DNA of 64,000 nucleotides from assembly GCA_965221165.1 (NCBI GenBank), contig CBDCRP010000003.1:1536064-1600063 (forward strand). The letters run 5' to 3'. A model generated the notes under the pieces. The model saw nothing but the letters and a program-made list of their open reading frames with translations, ran no database searches and had not been told where the DNA came from. Every line of letters starts with the position of its first letter. Position 1 is the first letter of the stretch. Position numbers and translations under genes: made by a program. The stretch is from a bacterium. Lineage in GTDB: Bacteria; UBA8248. Shown here piece by piece: positions 37,243 through 45,400 of this stretch.

Positions 37243-37421
37243 GGGTGATTACTCCCGGGGGGTGGGGGGCTCATGGCGTTGGTGGGGGATATCCTACCAT
37301 GAGCGAGGGGGACTTTCGTGGTGGGTGGGTTGGGGGGGGGTAGTAGCGGAAGAACTAGAAAAGTAAACTCCACCATTCCCGGTATACCGTGCCTGTTACA
37401 AATATCCGCAAAATAGAAGGG

Positions 37422-38048
37422 TCATTTTTTTTGTACAGGGTCGATTTTCGGCAAACTGCTACAAGTCGCCGCAACATCCTCCCCTATCATCTCAATAACC
37501 ATGCTTAATTGATGTTGTGGGACTCTCATGCGTGCATCGCGAAGGGCGTTCACTATTGCATCGATCTGACCTTGCTGTCCGAGCGCACTTCGTACTGTCT
37601 CATGGAGCAACAGATCTATTGTAGAAGCCACCACAAGATTCGGAAATCTATTTTTACAAATGTTCTGAGCTTTCCGCTCATCAATGAGCGCTACACCTCC
37701 TATTTCGTGAGCATATCCGATCGTCGTAGCCTCACCGTCGTCCAAGGTGTCCAGTGTAATCCCCACAACTAACGATTCGTAGATGCGGTTTCCGGCTTCA
37801 CCAAGTCGGGCTAGCTGGACGGCACCGCAGCCAATCAAAACCTTGAGTTTTTCAGCGTCCCTGTGTCCACGGGAGACACCTCTTTCTAATTCAGCGAATG
37901 TATGCTCGGTCACGGTAACCGATCCAGGTTGCGCCTTTATGATATCAATCGCTCGGCCCGTGGCGTTTAGATTGATAACGACACTTGCATCAGCAACGAG
38001 AACGGTACTCGAACTAATCTCAAAGCTTGAGGAGTTCATTCGCTTCAT
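37422..38048 (-). CDS. PIN-domain nuclease (gene 4 of the islet operon)
   Basis: VLVADASVVINL (first Asp), TEHTFAELE, and LDDGEATTIGYAHEIGGVALIDERKA (distal acidic residues). It overlaps the upstream gene by 29 nt. An alternative ATG lies at 38039. Confidence 0.65.
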   Translation of the reverse strand: MKRMNSSSFEISSSTVLVADASVVINLNATGRAIDIIKAQPGSVTVTEHTFAELERGVSRGHRDAEKLKVLIGCGAVQLARLGEAGNRIYESLVVGITLDTLDDGEATTIGYAHEIGGVALIDERKAQNICKNRFPNLVVASTIDLLLHETVRSALGQQGQIDAIVNALRDARMRVPQHQLSMVIEMIGEDVAATCSSLPKIDPVQKK

Positions 38049-39198
38049 TTTCCTCCGTTTCAGCCCCGTCGAGTACCTCCCTCATCTCATTTCGATCAAG
38101 GTTCAAAAGACGCGCAAGTTGGCCTTCACTATAAAAGTTTCGTTTCCAAACCTCTCTTGCCAATAGAGCCAGGCGCGGTGGAACAGGCCCTTGAGCATCT
38201 ATTGCGTGAATGCGTTTATCCGGCAAGTCACCCAATACCTGACGTGCCTGCTTATCAGTGATGCCCCCATTTGCGACAAACCAATCCCAAGTTCCCTTTC
38301 TAGCAAGAAAAAGCTCTTCGAGCCTACGTCCTATTGCTTCTCGCGAAATACCAAAAGCGTGAGCAAGAAGAATAATATGCCGCCGCGTCAGGTGAGACTG
38401 CCCGGCCGTATATTCTGCAAACCGCTGTTGGACAGCCCGTGCGGGCGTTAGGAAACAACGTGAGAAGCAATTTGCATAGCGTTCTTCGCGGGATGCAAAT
38501 TTCTCGTCTAGAGTGAAAACTTCGGGTTTTTGCCGGGTCCCCATAAAATGCGCGAGTTCATGAATAACGGATTGTCTGAGGCGTTCAATGGGATGGTTTG
38601 CATTCAAAAGTATGCAGGCTCCAGCAATTTCATCATATGCAAACAGCCCAGAAATTTTCCCATCCAGCCGTCTGAGATAGATCCGAATACCAAACCGAAG
38701 ATCAAGCATCTGAATGACATCGAGAATAGGCCCAGAACCAAGGCCAAGCCAGTCCCTGAGTTCCTGTGCGTCCTGTTCCGCCTGTATTCTCACATCGCCA
38801 GGAAGAATCGGCCTCTCGGGTGGGTAATTTCGTGTGCGTTCGATCCCGAGCATGTTCTCAAGTTCAACTTCCGCACGAACGAGATCGTTGAGTAGTTTTG
38901 CCGCATTCTCAATGGCATCGTTCGTACTTTGGTACAACCTACGAAAGCGTGGCACCATATCAAGATGAACAGCTTCCCGCCTCAAAATCGCATTGACGGA
39001 CGTGTCATATATAGCAGCTAACTTCTGTAATTCACTCATTCGGACTCGCCGCTGACCTTGCTCAAGGGCTACGATGGTAGTACGTGCAACATCAATTGCA
39101 TTAGCCGCTGATGCTTGGGTTTGTTTCGCTGATTCCCTTGCCATGCGAAGGCGTTGACCAATCTCTATGTCCGAAAATATGTCCGCAGGGAAAGTCAT
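38020..39198 (-). CDS. XRE-family HTH fused to an ImmA/IrrE (M78, COG2856) zinc metalloprotease (gene 3)
   Basis: The N-terminal IGQRLRMARESAKQTQASAANAIDVARTTIVALEQGQRRVRMSELQKLAAIY is an HTH_XRE. VIHELAHF is the HEXXH motif, followed by EERYANCFSRCFLTPA. The ATG at 39198 follows GAGGA and lies 2 nt after the upstream TAA. Confidence 0.75.
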   Translation of the reverse strand: MTFPADIFSDIEIGQRLRMARESAKQTQASAANAIDVARTTIVALEQGQRRVRMSELQKLAAIYDTSVNAILRREAVHLDMVPRFRRLYQSTNDAIENAAKLLNDLVRAEVELENMLGIERTRNYPPERPILPGDVRIQAEQDAQELRDWLGLGSGPILDVIQMLDLRFGIRIYLRRLDGKISGLFAYDEIAGACILLNANHPIERLRQSVIHELAHFMGTRQKPEVFTLDEKFASREERYANCFSRCFLTPARAVQQRFAEYTAGQSHLTRRHIILLAHAFGISREAIGRRLEELFLARKGTWDWFVANGGITDKQARQVLGDLPDKRIHAIDAQGPVPPRLALLAREVWKRNFYSEGQLARLLNLDRNEMREVLDGAETEENEANELLKL

Positions 39199-39200
39199 TT

Positions 39201-40568
39201 TTATCCTCGCGCCCATTGTTTTACAAAAGAATTAGGGCCAAGTGAGTCCAGGTAGTGTTGCCATTCATCCGCATGTTTTAGGAGGAGTGTTCTCAGGTAC
39301 TTAAAAATTTCTTCGCATGAATGGTCAAGCGCAGGCTCAAGAAGCATGGCGTGTCTCTCGACCAACAGCCTCATATTTTCTTTCTCCATAGTGGCCAGAT
39401 GCTCCATGTGCAGGACGCCTGCAATCGCGTAATTACGGTAGGCGCTATTTAACTTCGTGAAATCCGGATCGACGGCATCATCTAAGGTTGTCGCTGACAT
39501 GTTAATGCAGATGTAGGCATCGGGACGCTCTCTCAGGCCGGCGGCATGCACGGCGACTCGTCTCAACATGCAAGCAGCGCAGACTCCGCAGTGACGCCAT
39601 TTTCGATTTACGGAACTCCATTGGTTACTACGCCAGCAGGACCTCGTAGATTGCCAGTCGTTTTTTCCGGAAAGAGAACTGAACTTTTTAAGTGTCTCAC
39701 CTTTGGTGTTCCATATTCGCGGAAAAATGTAGCGAACTTGCTTACCTAGGAGCGCCTCAGTGAAACGCTGCATTCGCATCGTAAAAAGAGGATGATTCCG
39801 GTAATCCTTATAGGTGTGTCCTGAGTCTACCAACACTGGTCCGAACACGCCCTGTCCACTTTCGGGAACGATAATTTTCTCAGCATCGGTTATATAAGCG
39901 GCGATGGCGCTAATTAAAGTAAACTTGAAACCCCGACTACGAAAACTCGACTCTCTTTTGGGGGTATGACTTGAAACTTTATAGGGCACATTCGTGAAGG
40001 GTTGGAAGCCGTTGTGATGCGATGGTTTGTTACTACTCTTTGCTCCAATCCTTACACGAACGAGTTTTTCGCCGAACATTTCACCGAGGATGCCTGCTAC
40101 AGCAAACGAATCCATACCGTCACTAAATGCAATGATGGCTTCCGTTGGCACCTTCAAATTGAGATAATCCTGCGGTGGAGATGGTGCTTCACTCGAACGT
40201 CCAATGAAGTCTATTGACCAATAGTCTCCCGTTAGAAATCCAACCGCATCATGAAGTGCAGCGGATGTGTCCGGCGCATTCCACCGTGTAGGATCGTGTA
40301 CGGGTATTTTGAGTGATATTCGGCGCGCCCACTCTTGAGTCGGACGTTTGACGGTTCTATCGCCAAATTCGATGGCGGCAGCAACAACCATTGCATCATA
40401 AAGCACCGTTTCCCATCGGGCGAATGAATAGGTCCGTAGTGCTGCGGTCGAGAATCTTATGTCGCGCTCAAGTTCCAATGGAATGTAATCATTTCCGGGG
40501 TGCTGGCTCGGTTCTATCACATCAATTTTTTTCTCTGACATCCTTCCGAAAAAAGATTTGGTATTCAA
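39201..40568 (-). CDS. QueC-like PP-loop ATPase with an extra ~140-aa N-terminal domain (gene 2)
   Basis: AIIAFSDGMDSFAVAG is a variant SGGxDS PP-loop. It also has ESSFRSRGFKFTL, IVPESGQG, WNTKGETL and a C-terminal Cys cluster SCW...HCGVCAACMLRR, as in QueC CxxC..C. The TTG start overlaps the upstream TGA. Confidence 0.65.
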   Translation of the reverse strand: MNTKSFFGRMSEKKIDVIEPSQHPGNDYIPLELERDIRFSTAALRTYSFARWETVLYDAMVVAAAIEFGDRTVKRPTQEWARRISLKIPVHDPTRWNAPDTSAALHDAVGFLTGDYWSIDFIGRSSEAPSPPQDYLNLKVPTEAIIAFSDGMDSFAVAGILGEMFGEKLVRVRIGAKSSNKPSHHNGFQPFTNVPYKVSSHTPKRESSFRSRGFKFTLISAIAAYITDAEKIIVPESGQGVFGPVLVDSGHTYKDYRNHPLFTMRMQRFTEALLGKQVRYIFPRIWNTKGETLKKFSSLSGKNDWQSTRSCWRSNQWSSVNRKWRHCGVCAACMLRRVAVHAAGLRERPDAYICINMSATTLDDAVDPDFTKLNSAYRNYAIAGVLHMEHLATMEKENMRLLVERHAMLLEPALDHSCEEIFKYLRTLLLKHADEWQHYLDSLGPNSFVKQWARG

Positions 40569-41122
40569 AGCAACGGCCCCTCATCAAGACCAGTGCGTTT
40601 AGTTAAACGGAAATCGGTGTTTGAGAGGCTGCTAGACGTCAATTCCGATACAAGAGTTTCATATCCACATTGGGAGCGAGCAATACTTAAGCGGCTGCGT
40701 ATATATGACACACTGCCCGGTTTTTTTCTGAGATGATGCTCTTCGATTTGACGGCAAACGTCCAGTGCATAAGTTTCAAGAGCATTTTTAAATGCGTGCC
40801 TGAAAGCGGTATCACCGGTCATCCCGTTTTTGTTAACTTCAATTGCACAATCAAGGAGAATATTTCCCTCTGCAGAGCCTCGGCAAATCTGGCGGGCATC
40901 GTTAAGTTGTAAAGAGATTTCTTCCCTACACTGTGAAGCCTTTATTCCATTAACGAATATGTCACAAATTTCAGATAGTGGGACTTTTGAATAATCTTTC
41001 CTAAGGCCGAAAGAGAATGCTTCGTCCAACTCTACATGTGAAAATGCGGGACTTTGAGCTCTCTCTGCGAATTTTTTCCAGTGTCGCCTCATCGGCAAAC
41101 TTTTATGTGGCCCATCACTCAT
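40565..41122 (-). CDS. Hypothetical 185-aa protein (gene 1 of the islet operon)
   Basis: The ATG at 41122 has GGAGG 7 nt upstream. The product is MSDGPHKSLPMRRHWKKFAERAQ... and looks mostly helical. I recognise no family. Confidence 0.6.
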   Translation of the reverse strand: MSDGPHKSLPMRRHWKKFAERAQSPAFSHVELDEAFSFGLRKDYSKVPLSEICDIFVNGIKASQCREEISLQLNDARQICRGSAEGNILLDCAIEVNKNGMTGDTAFRHAFKNALETYALDVCRQIEEHHLRKKPGSVSYIRSRLSIARSQCGYETLVSELTSSSLSNTDFRLTKRTGLDEGPLL

Positions 41123-41142
41123 AAAGCACCTCCTATGTCATA

Positions 41143-41172
41143 ATTATATTTTAATATACCTGACATTGTCAA
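41143..41172 (-). promoter_or_regulatory. Near-consensus sigma70 promoter for the four-gene islet operon
   Basis: The minus strand reads TTGACA (41172-41167), an 18-nt spacer, then TATAAT (41148-41143). It sits ~20 nt upstream of the gene-1 ATG. Confidence 0.65.
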
Positions 41173-41278
41173 TAACAAAGGTGCTAAACTTCACCTTTCT
41201 TAAAAATCCAGCAACTGTCGGGGACAATGAAACAAATCGAGGTGATATTGCAGGCCACAGAAAGAAACACCCCCCCAC

Positions 41279-41440
41279 CCGCATTTCCCCGCATTTGCGC
41301 CTGGGCGCAAGTCTGAGCGGGGCATATCGCTTGAAAGTCCAGGCCTCATTCCGCTCCCCGGAACAAGTGAAAAAATGCTGAAAAATGGTGAAAAATAGGC
41401 GAAATTAAGTGAAAATATCTGAAAATTTATAATGTTGTTA
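41279..41440 (+). repeat. Inverted-repeat arm A: CCGCATTTCCCCGCATTT box plus a phased TGAAAA array
   Basis: ccgcatttccccgcattt at 41279-41296. gTGAAAAaatgcTGAAAAatggTGAAAAataggcGAAATtaagTGAAAAtatcTGAAAAtttataatgttgttatt at 41367-41440, with a period of about 10-11 bp. Confidence 0.75.
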
Positions 41441-41457
41441 TTATTAGGGTTACGCGG

Positions 41458-42624
41458 TTAAACGACCTTATCCGCGCGCATTCGGAAAATCTCCTCCTCA
41501 CCATAGCCGAGCTCGGCGAGAATGGCTTCGGTGTGCTCGCCCGCCCCCGGCGCAGGACGTGAGAAATCGGGCGTCTCGCCGCTGAACGCAAGCGGCGACC
41601 CAGGCAGCAAGCCCGGCCCGGCTACCGGGTGGTCGACCTGGACGAAGGCATCCGGGAAGCGTTCCTTCACCCGGGCGACGTCGTTGATGGCGCTCACCGT
41701 AACGCCTTTGGGGATAAGGGCCTCCTCCCACTCGGCGGTCGTCTTCTCGGTCAAGACGCTCTCCAGAATCCCGCGCAGGGCGGCATCGTTCGCCACGCGG
41801 TCTTTGTTCTCGGCGAAGCGCGGATCGTCGGCGAGCGCCGGCCGGCCTAGGGCCTCGACGAAGACGCGGTAGCGGTTCGTGTTCGAGATCGCCACGAAAA
41901 TGAGGCCGTCTTTCGTCTTATAGCCCGAAAAAGGAGAGACCACCGGATGGGAAAGCCCCTCGGGCCGAGGCACTTGGCCTGTGAACGTGTGGCGCGCCAC
42001 CGGGTTTTCCATGATGTTCACCGTCGCGCCCATCATCGAGGCGTCTACGCGCATGCCCTCTCCGGTGCGCTCCCTGCGGAACAGGGCGGTGAGAACGCCC
42101 GAGAGGAGATAGAGGCCGCTCGCCACGTCCACAATCGAGACGCCCACGCGCACGGGTTCTCCGTCCACAGGCCCCGTCACGCTGATGAGGCCGCCCGCGG
42201 CTTGCAAAAGGCTGTCGAAAGCGGGGCGCCCGGCGTTCTTCCCGGTCTGGCCGAAGCCTGAGACCGCTGCGTATATGAGCCCGGGGTTTTCTTTTTTAAG
42301 GACATCCCAGCCCACGCCCAGGCGATCCATGACGCCGGGGAGGAGGTTTTCCACCAGAACGTCCGCCCCGCGGCAGAGTTTCCTGAATACCTCCACGCCT
42401 TCCGGGTTTTTGAGATCAAGCGTGATGGAGCGCTTGCCGCGATTCAAGCTCATGAAGTAGCTGCTCTCGCCATTCCGGAAAGGACCGATGGCGCGGCTGT
42501 CCTCACCGCCGGGGCGCTCCACCTTCACGACTTCCGCGCCATAGCCCGCCAGATAGAGCGATACGATGGGGCCGGCATTAAACTGGCTGGCGTCAATGAC
42601 CTTCAAACCCTGGAGGAGTGACAT
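41458..42624 (-). CDS. Family III CoA-transferase (CaiB/BaiF)
   Basis: LQGLKVIDASQFNAGPIVSLYLAGYGAEVVKVERPGGEDSR. 388 aa. Confidence 0.85.
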   Translation of the reverse strand: MSLLQGLKVIDASQFNAGPIVSLYLAGYGAEVVKVERPGGEDSRAIGPFRNGESSYFMSLNRGKRSITLDLKNPEGVEVFRKLCRGADVLVENLLPGVMDRLGVGWDVLKKENPGLIYAAVSGFGQTGKNAGRPAFDSLLQAAGGLISVTGPVDGEPVRVGVSIVDVASGLYLLSGVLTALFRRERTGEGMRVDASMMGATVNIMENPVARHTFTGQVPRPEGLSHPVVSPFSGYKTKDGLIFVAISNTNRYRVFVEALGRPALADDPRFAENKDRVANDAALRGILESVLTEKTTAEWEEALIPKGVTVSAINDVARVKERFPDAFVQVDHPVAGPGLLPGSPLAFSGETPDFSRPAPGAGEHTEAILAELGYGEEEIFRMRADKVV

Positions 42625-42642
42625 CGGATGCGTGGGTGCTTT

Positions 42643-43590
42643 CTAGCGGCGTTTCCTGGCGCTTTTGGGGGCCGTTTTCTTCGCAGCAGTCTTTTTCGCG
42701 GGTTTTTTCGTCGTTTGGGCGGGTTTTTTCGCCACTTGTCGCTTGGCCGCCTTCTTCGCGGCGACTTTTGGGGCGGGGGCTTTCTTCGTTGCAGCTTTCG
42801 CGGCTTTGGGGGCGACCGTCTTCTTTTTGACCGCCGTTTTCCTCGTAGCCGCCGCTTTTTTCTGGGCGGTAGCCGTATTCGTCTTGGAGAGGGTCGTTTT
42901 TCTCTTCACCGTAGTGGTCTTCTTGGAAGCAGCGGCCGCTTTCTTTTTCAAAACGGAGGCTTTTTTCCTGGCCGCTGTTCGTTTTTTCTGCACTGCGGCT
43001 TTTCTAGAGGCTTCTTTCTTTTTTTGCGCCTGTTGTTTTTTCCTTTGCTTTTGTTCTTTGATACGCACTGCCTCAGCAGCCCGTATTTCTTCTTCCGTAG
43101 GCGGAAAAACAGGTTTCCTCCGACCCGTAATCAAGCGAAAGGCATACCCCACTTGGGTTTCGCGCCATTCATTCTCCCCGAGATCCTGCAACACAAGTTC
43201 GACCGGAGAGCCCGGAACAAGCATGTCCCGATAACCTTCCCAATCGATTAAATGGGAATTTATCTTTATGCCCTCATCGAGGAGTATTACCGCAGAAACG
43301 CGCTCTTCGTTCCCTTCCACAGATGAACGGGTAACCGTGGCCGAAAGAAGTTTACCCTTCCCGCTGAGAAGCACTTCACTCGTGCTACGCGGACAAACCG
43401 GGTTATCACAAGTGGTTTTCGAGCCGGTCTTCGGGAAAAAATACTCTTCGCATTCCTTACAAACAGACCCAATGAGTTTGGGCTTATGACGAGAATTCCT
43501 GGGAATCGTAAAAACATCGCGCATAAACGGAACAACAACTTTATTTTTCTCAGGTACGAAAATCGAAGGCTGATTCTGGGGGGAGTTCAT
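42643..43590 (-). CDS. Zn-ribbon/OB-fold (DUF35-like) protein fused to a ~140-aa lysine/alanine-rich histone-H1-like tail
   Basis: GSVCKECEEYFFP...CDNPVCP is the zinc ribbon. LLSGKGKLLSATV...AVILLDEGIKI...PVELVL is the OB fold. The tail follows: KKQQAQKKKEASRKAAVQKKRTAARKKASVLKKKAAAASKK...KKPAKKTAAKKTAPKSARKRR. Confidence 0.65.
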   Translation of the reverse strand: MNSPQNQPSIFVPEKNKVVVPFMRDVFTIPRNSRHKPKLIGSVCKECEEYFFPKTGSKTTCDNPVCPRSTSEVLLSGKGKLLSATVTRSSVEGNEERVSAVILLDEGIKINSHLIDWEGYRDMLVPGSPVELVLQDLGENEWRETQVGYAFRLITGRRKPVFPPTEEEIRAAEAVRIKEQKQRKKQQAQKKKEASRKAAVQKKRTAARKKASVLKKKAAAASKKTTTVKRKTTLSKTNTATAQKKAAATRKTAVKKKTVAPKAAKAATKKAPAPKVAAKKAAKRQVAKKPAQTTKKPAKKTAAKKTAPKSARKRR

Positions 43591-43897
43591 GTACTACCCT
43601 GCTTTTGAAGTTCCGATAAACCAAATCTAAGTAAACGAAATGTAAACAGCTAGTTAAAACTCATAGGCATGCATGGATTAGTGCGCGAACACTATCAAGG
43701 GGTTTCGCGAGTGTCAAGATGAGTTCAGACTGGGCAAATCCCTGCATACCAAATTTTTCGAATTCCCAGTCCGCTATTTGAAAATTACCTCCATTTATAG
43801 CCACGATAAGACTCAAGCCAACCTTGATTTTCGCGACTTGACCATCTAAAACCTGCAATCTTATAGTCATCAATCGTATTGATATAAAGGACGCGGT

Positions 43898-45340
43898 ATG
43901 ACTGACCCACACAATCCGAATAGCGAATCCACACTACTACGACTACTACCTTCCGTGGACGAAATTGTTACTCGCCTAAAAAATGAAGGCGTCAATGGTT
44001 CGTCGGATGCTGCATTGTCCGATGCGGCAAGAAAAGCAATCGGAGTGAAAAGACAGCTTCTGCTTGAACAAATGAACAAAAACTTCCCGAAAGCTACAGA
44101 AAACCCACCAATATCCGAACAAACCCTTCAAGATATTGTTGTAAATGACGCAAAGCGGATTCTCTCTTCGAATAAACTGCTTGGATTAAAAAAAGTCATC
44201 AACGCAACAGGAATCGTGCTACACACAAATCTGGGTCGAGCCCCATTAAGTGACGCCGCAAGGTCGGCATTAAATGATGTAGCGCAAGGATATTCAAATT
44301 TAGAATTCGACCTGAATCTCGGGCTGCGAGGAAAAAGAGGGGCCGATGTGGAATCTCTTCTTTGTCAGCTAACAGGAGCGGAAGCAGCATTGGTCGTCAA
44401 CAATAACGCCGCGGCCGTGATGTTCGCGATTCATACGATGGCCGATTCTGCTGAAGTGATCGTTTCACGAGGAGAGTTGGTTGAAATCGGCGGTTCCTTT
44501 CGAATTCCGGATATTATGCTCCAAAGTGGCGCTAAATTAGTAGAAGTAGGGACAACGAACAAAACGAGAATATCCGACTACCAGAACGCCATTACCCAAG
44601 ATACGACTTTGCTGCTGAAGGCGCATACAAGCAATTACAGGATTGTCGGCTTTACGGAAGAAGTATCCCGTGATGAACTCTCAGAGCTTGGGAGAGAAAA
44701 AAATATACCCACGCTAGAGGACCTTGGGAGCGGTTCACTTCTTCATATTGATGGTCTCCCGCATGAACCTACTGTGATGGGATCGATACGAGCGGGAATC
44801 GACGTCATTACATTTTCTGGAGACAAGCTACTGGGTGGCCCACAGGCTGGTATCGTTGTCGGCAAGACGATATGGATAGAGAGAATGAAAAAACATCCAC
44901 TCATGCGCGTTCTCAGGCTGGACAAACTCACCCTCGCCGCTTTGGAGGCGACACTCAGGGGATATCTTGATCCTGATGCCGCCCACACCCAGATCCCGAT
45001 TCTTCAAATGTTGTCCACCAACCGGGAAAAACTGAAAAAACAGGCGGAATCTTTGATGAATCTGATGGGGGAACATACTTGTTCCGTGCTCGGCGCCAAG
45101 GTGGAAGAAACTTCGGGGATGGTAGGCGGCGGGGCCATGCCCCTGGCGAAACTCGATAGTTTCGCAGTGACATTATTTCCCAACAATTTTTCCGCCAAAT
45201 CGTTGGAAACCAAGCTGCGCAATGCTACTCCACCTGTTGTGGCACGCATTCATGAGGATAAAGTAATACTTGACCTGCGATGCATTAGAGTAGGGGAAAT
45301 AAATCAACTTGGCGTGATTCTCAACGAATTCGCAAAGTAA
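43898..45340 (+). CDS. selA: L-seryl-tRNA(Sec) selenium transferase
   Basis: INATGIVLHTNLGRAPL, GGSFRIPDIM and FSGDKLLGGPQAGIVVGK (PLP lysine). Confidence 0.9.
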   Translation: MTDPHNPNSESTLLRLLPSVDEIVTRLKNEGVNGSSDAALSDAARKAIGVKRQLLLEQMNKNFPKATENPPISEQTLQDIVVNDAKRILSSNKLLGLKKVINATGIVLHTNLGRAPLSDAARSALNDVAQGYSNLEFDLNLGLRGKRGADVESLLCQLTGAEAALVVNNNAAAVMFAIHTMADSAEVIVSRGELVEIGGSFRIPDIMLQSGAKLVEVGTTNKTRISDYQNAITQDTTLLLKAHTSNYRIVGFTEEVSRDELSELGREKNIPTLEDLGSGSLLHIDGLPHEPTVMGSIRAGIDVITFSGDKLLGGPQAGIVVGKTIWIERMKKHPLMRVLRLDKLTLAALEATLRGYLDPDAAHTQIPILQMLSTNREKLKKQAESLMNLMGEHTCSVLGAKVEETSGMVGGGAMPLAKLDSFAVTLFPNNFSAKSLETKLRNATPPVVARIHEDKVILDLRCIRVGEINQLGVILNEFAK

Positions 45341-45400
45341 TCTTCAATCTTCTGCGCATATAATTTTCTCGTCATCACGAAAACAGGGGACAATATTCCG

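Noticed and set aside
41367-41428. TGAAAA arrays (also 54196-54258) as a CRISPR array or as plasmid iterons
   Set aside because: The units are only ~10 bp with no spacers of CRISPR size, and I recognised no cas or rep genes. I report them as phased A-tract or subterminal repeat arrays instead.
42628-43251. + strand ORFs of 207 aa and 189 aa opposite the K/A-rich tail
   Set aside because: They are mirror-image low-complexity ORFs (F/L/G/R-rich) produced by the repetitive AAG/GCN coding of the minus-strand tail. They have no start context.
43661-43912. 83-aa minus-strand ORF just upstream of selA
   Set aside because: Its plausible ATG (43870) is only 27 bp from the divergent selA start, leaving no room for two promoters. 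It has no recognisable family and no clear SD. I left it unannotated, though a real small protein cannot be excluded.
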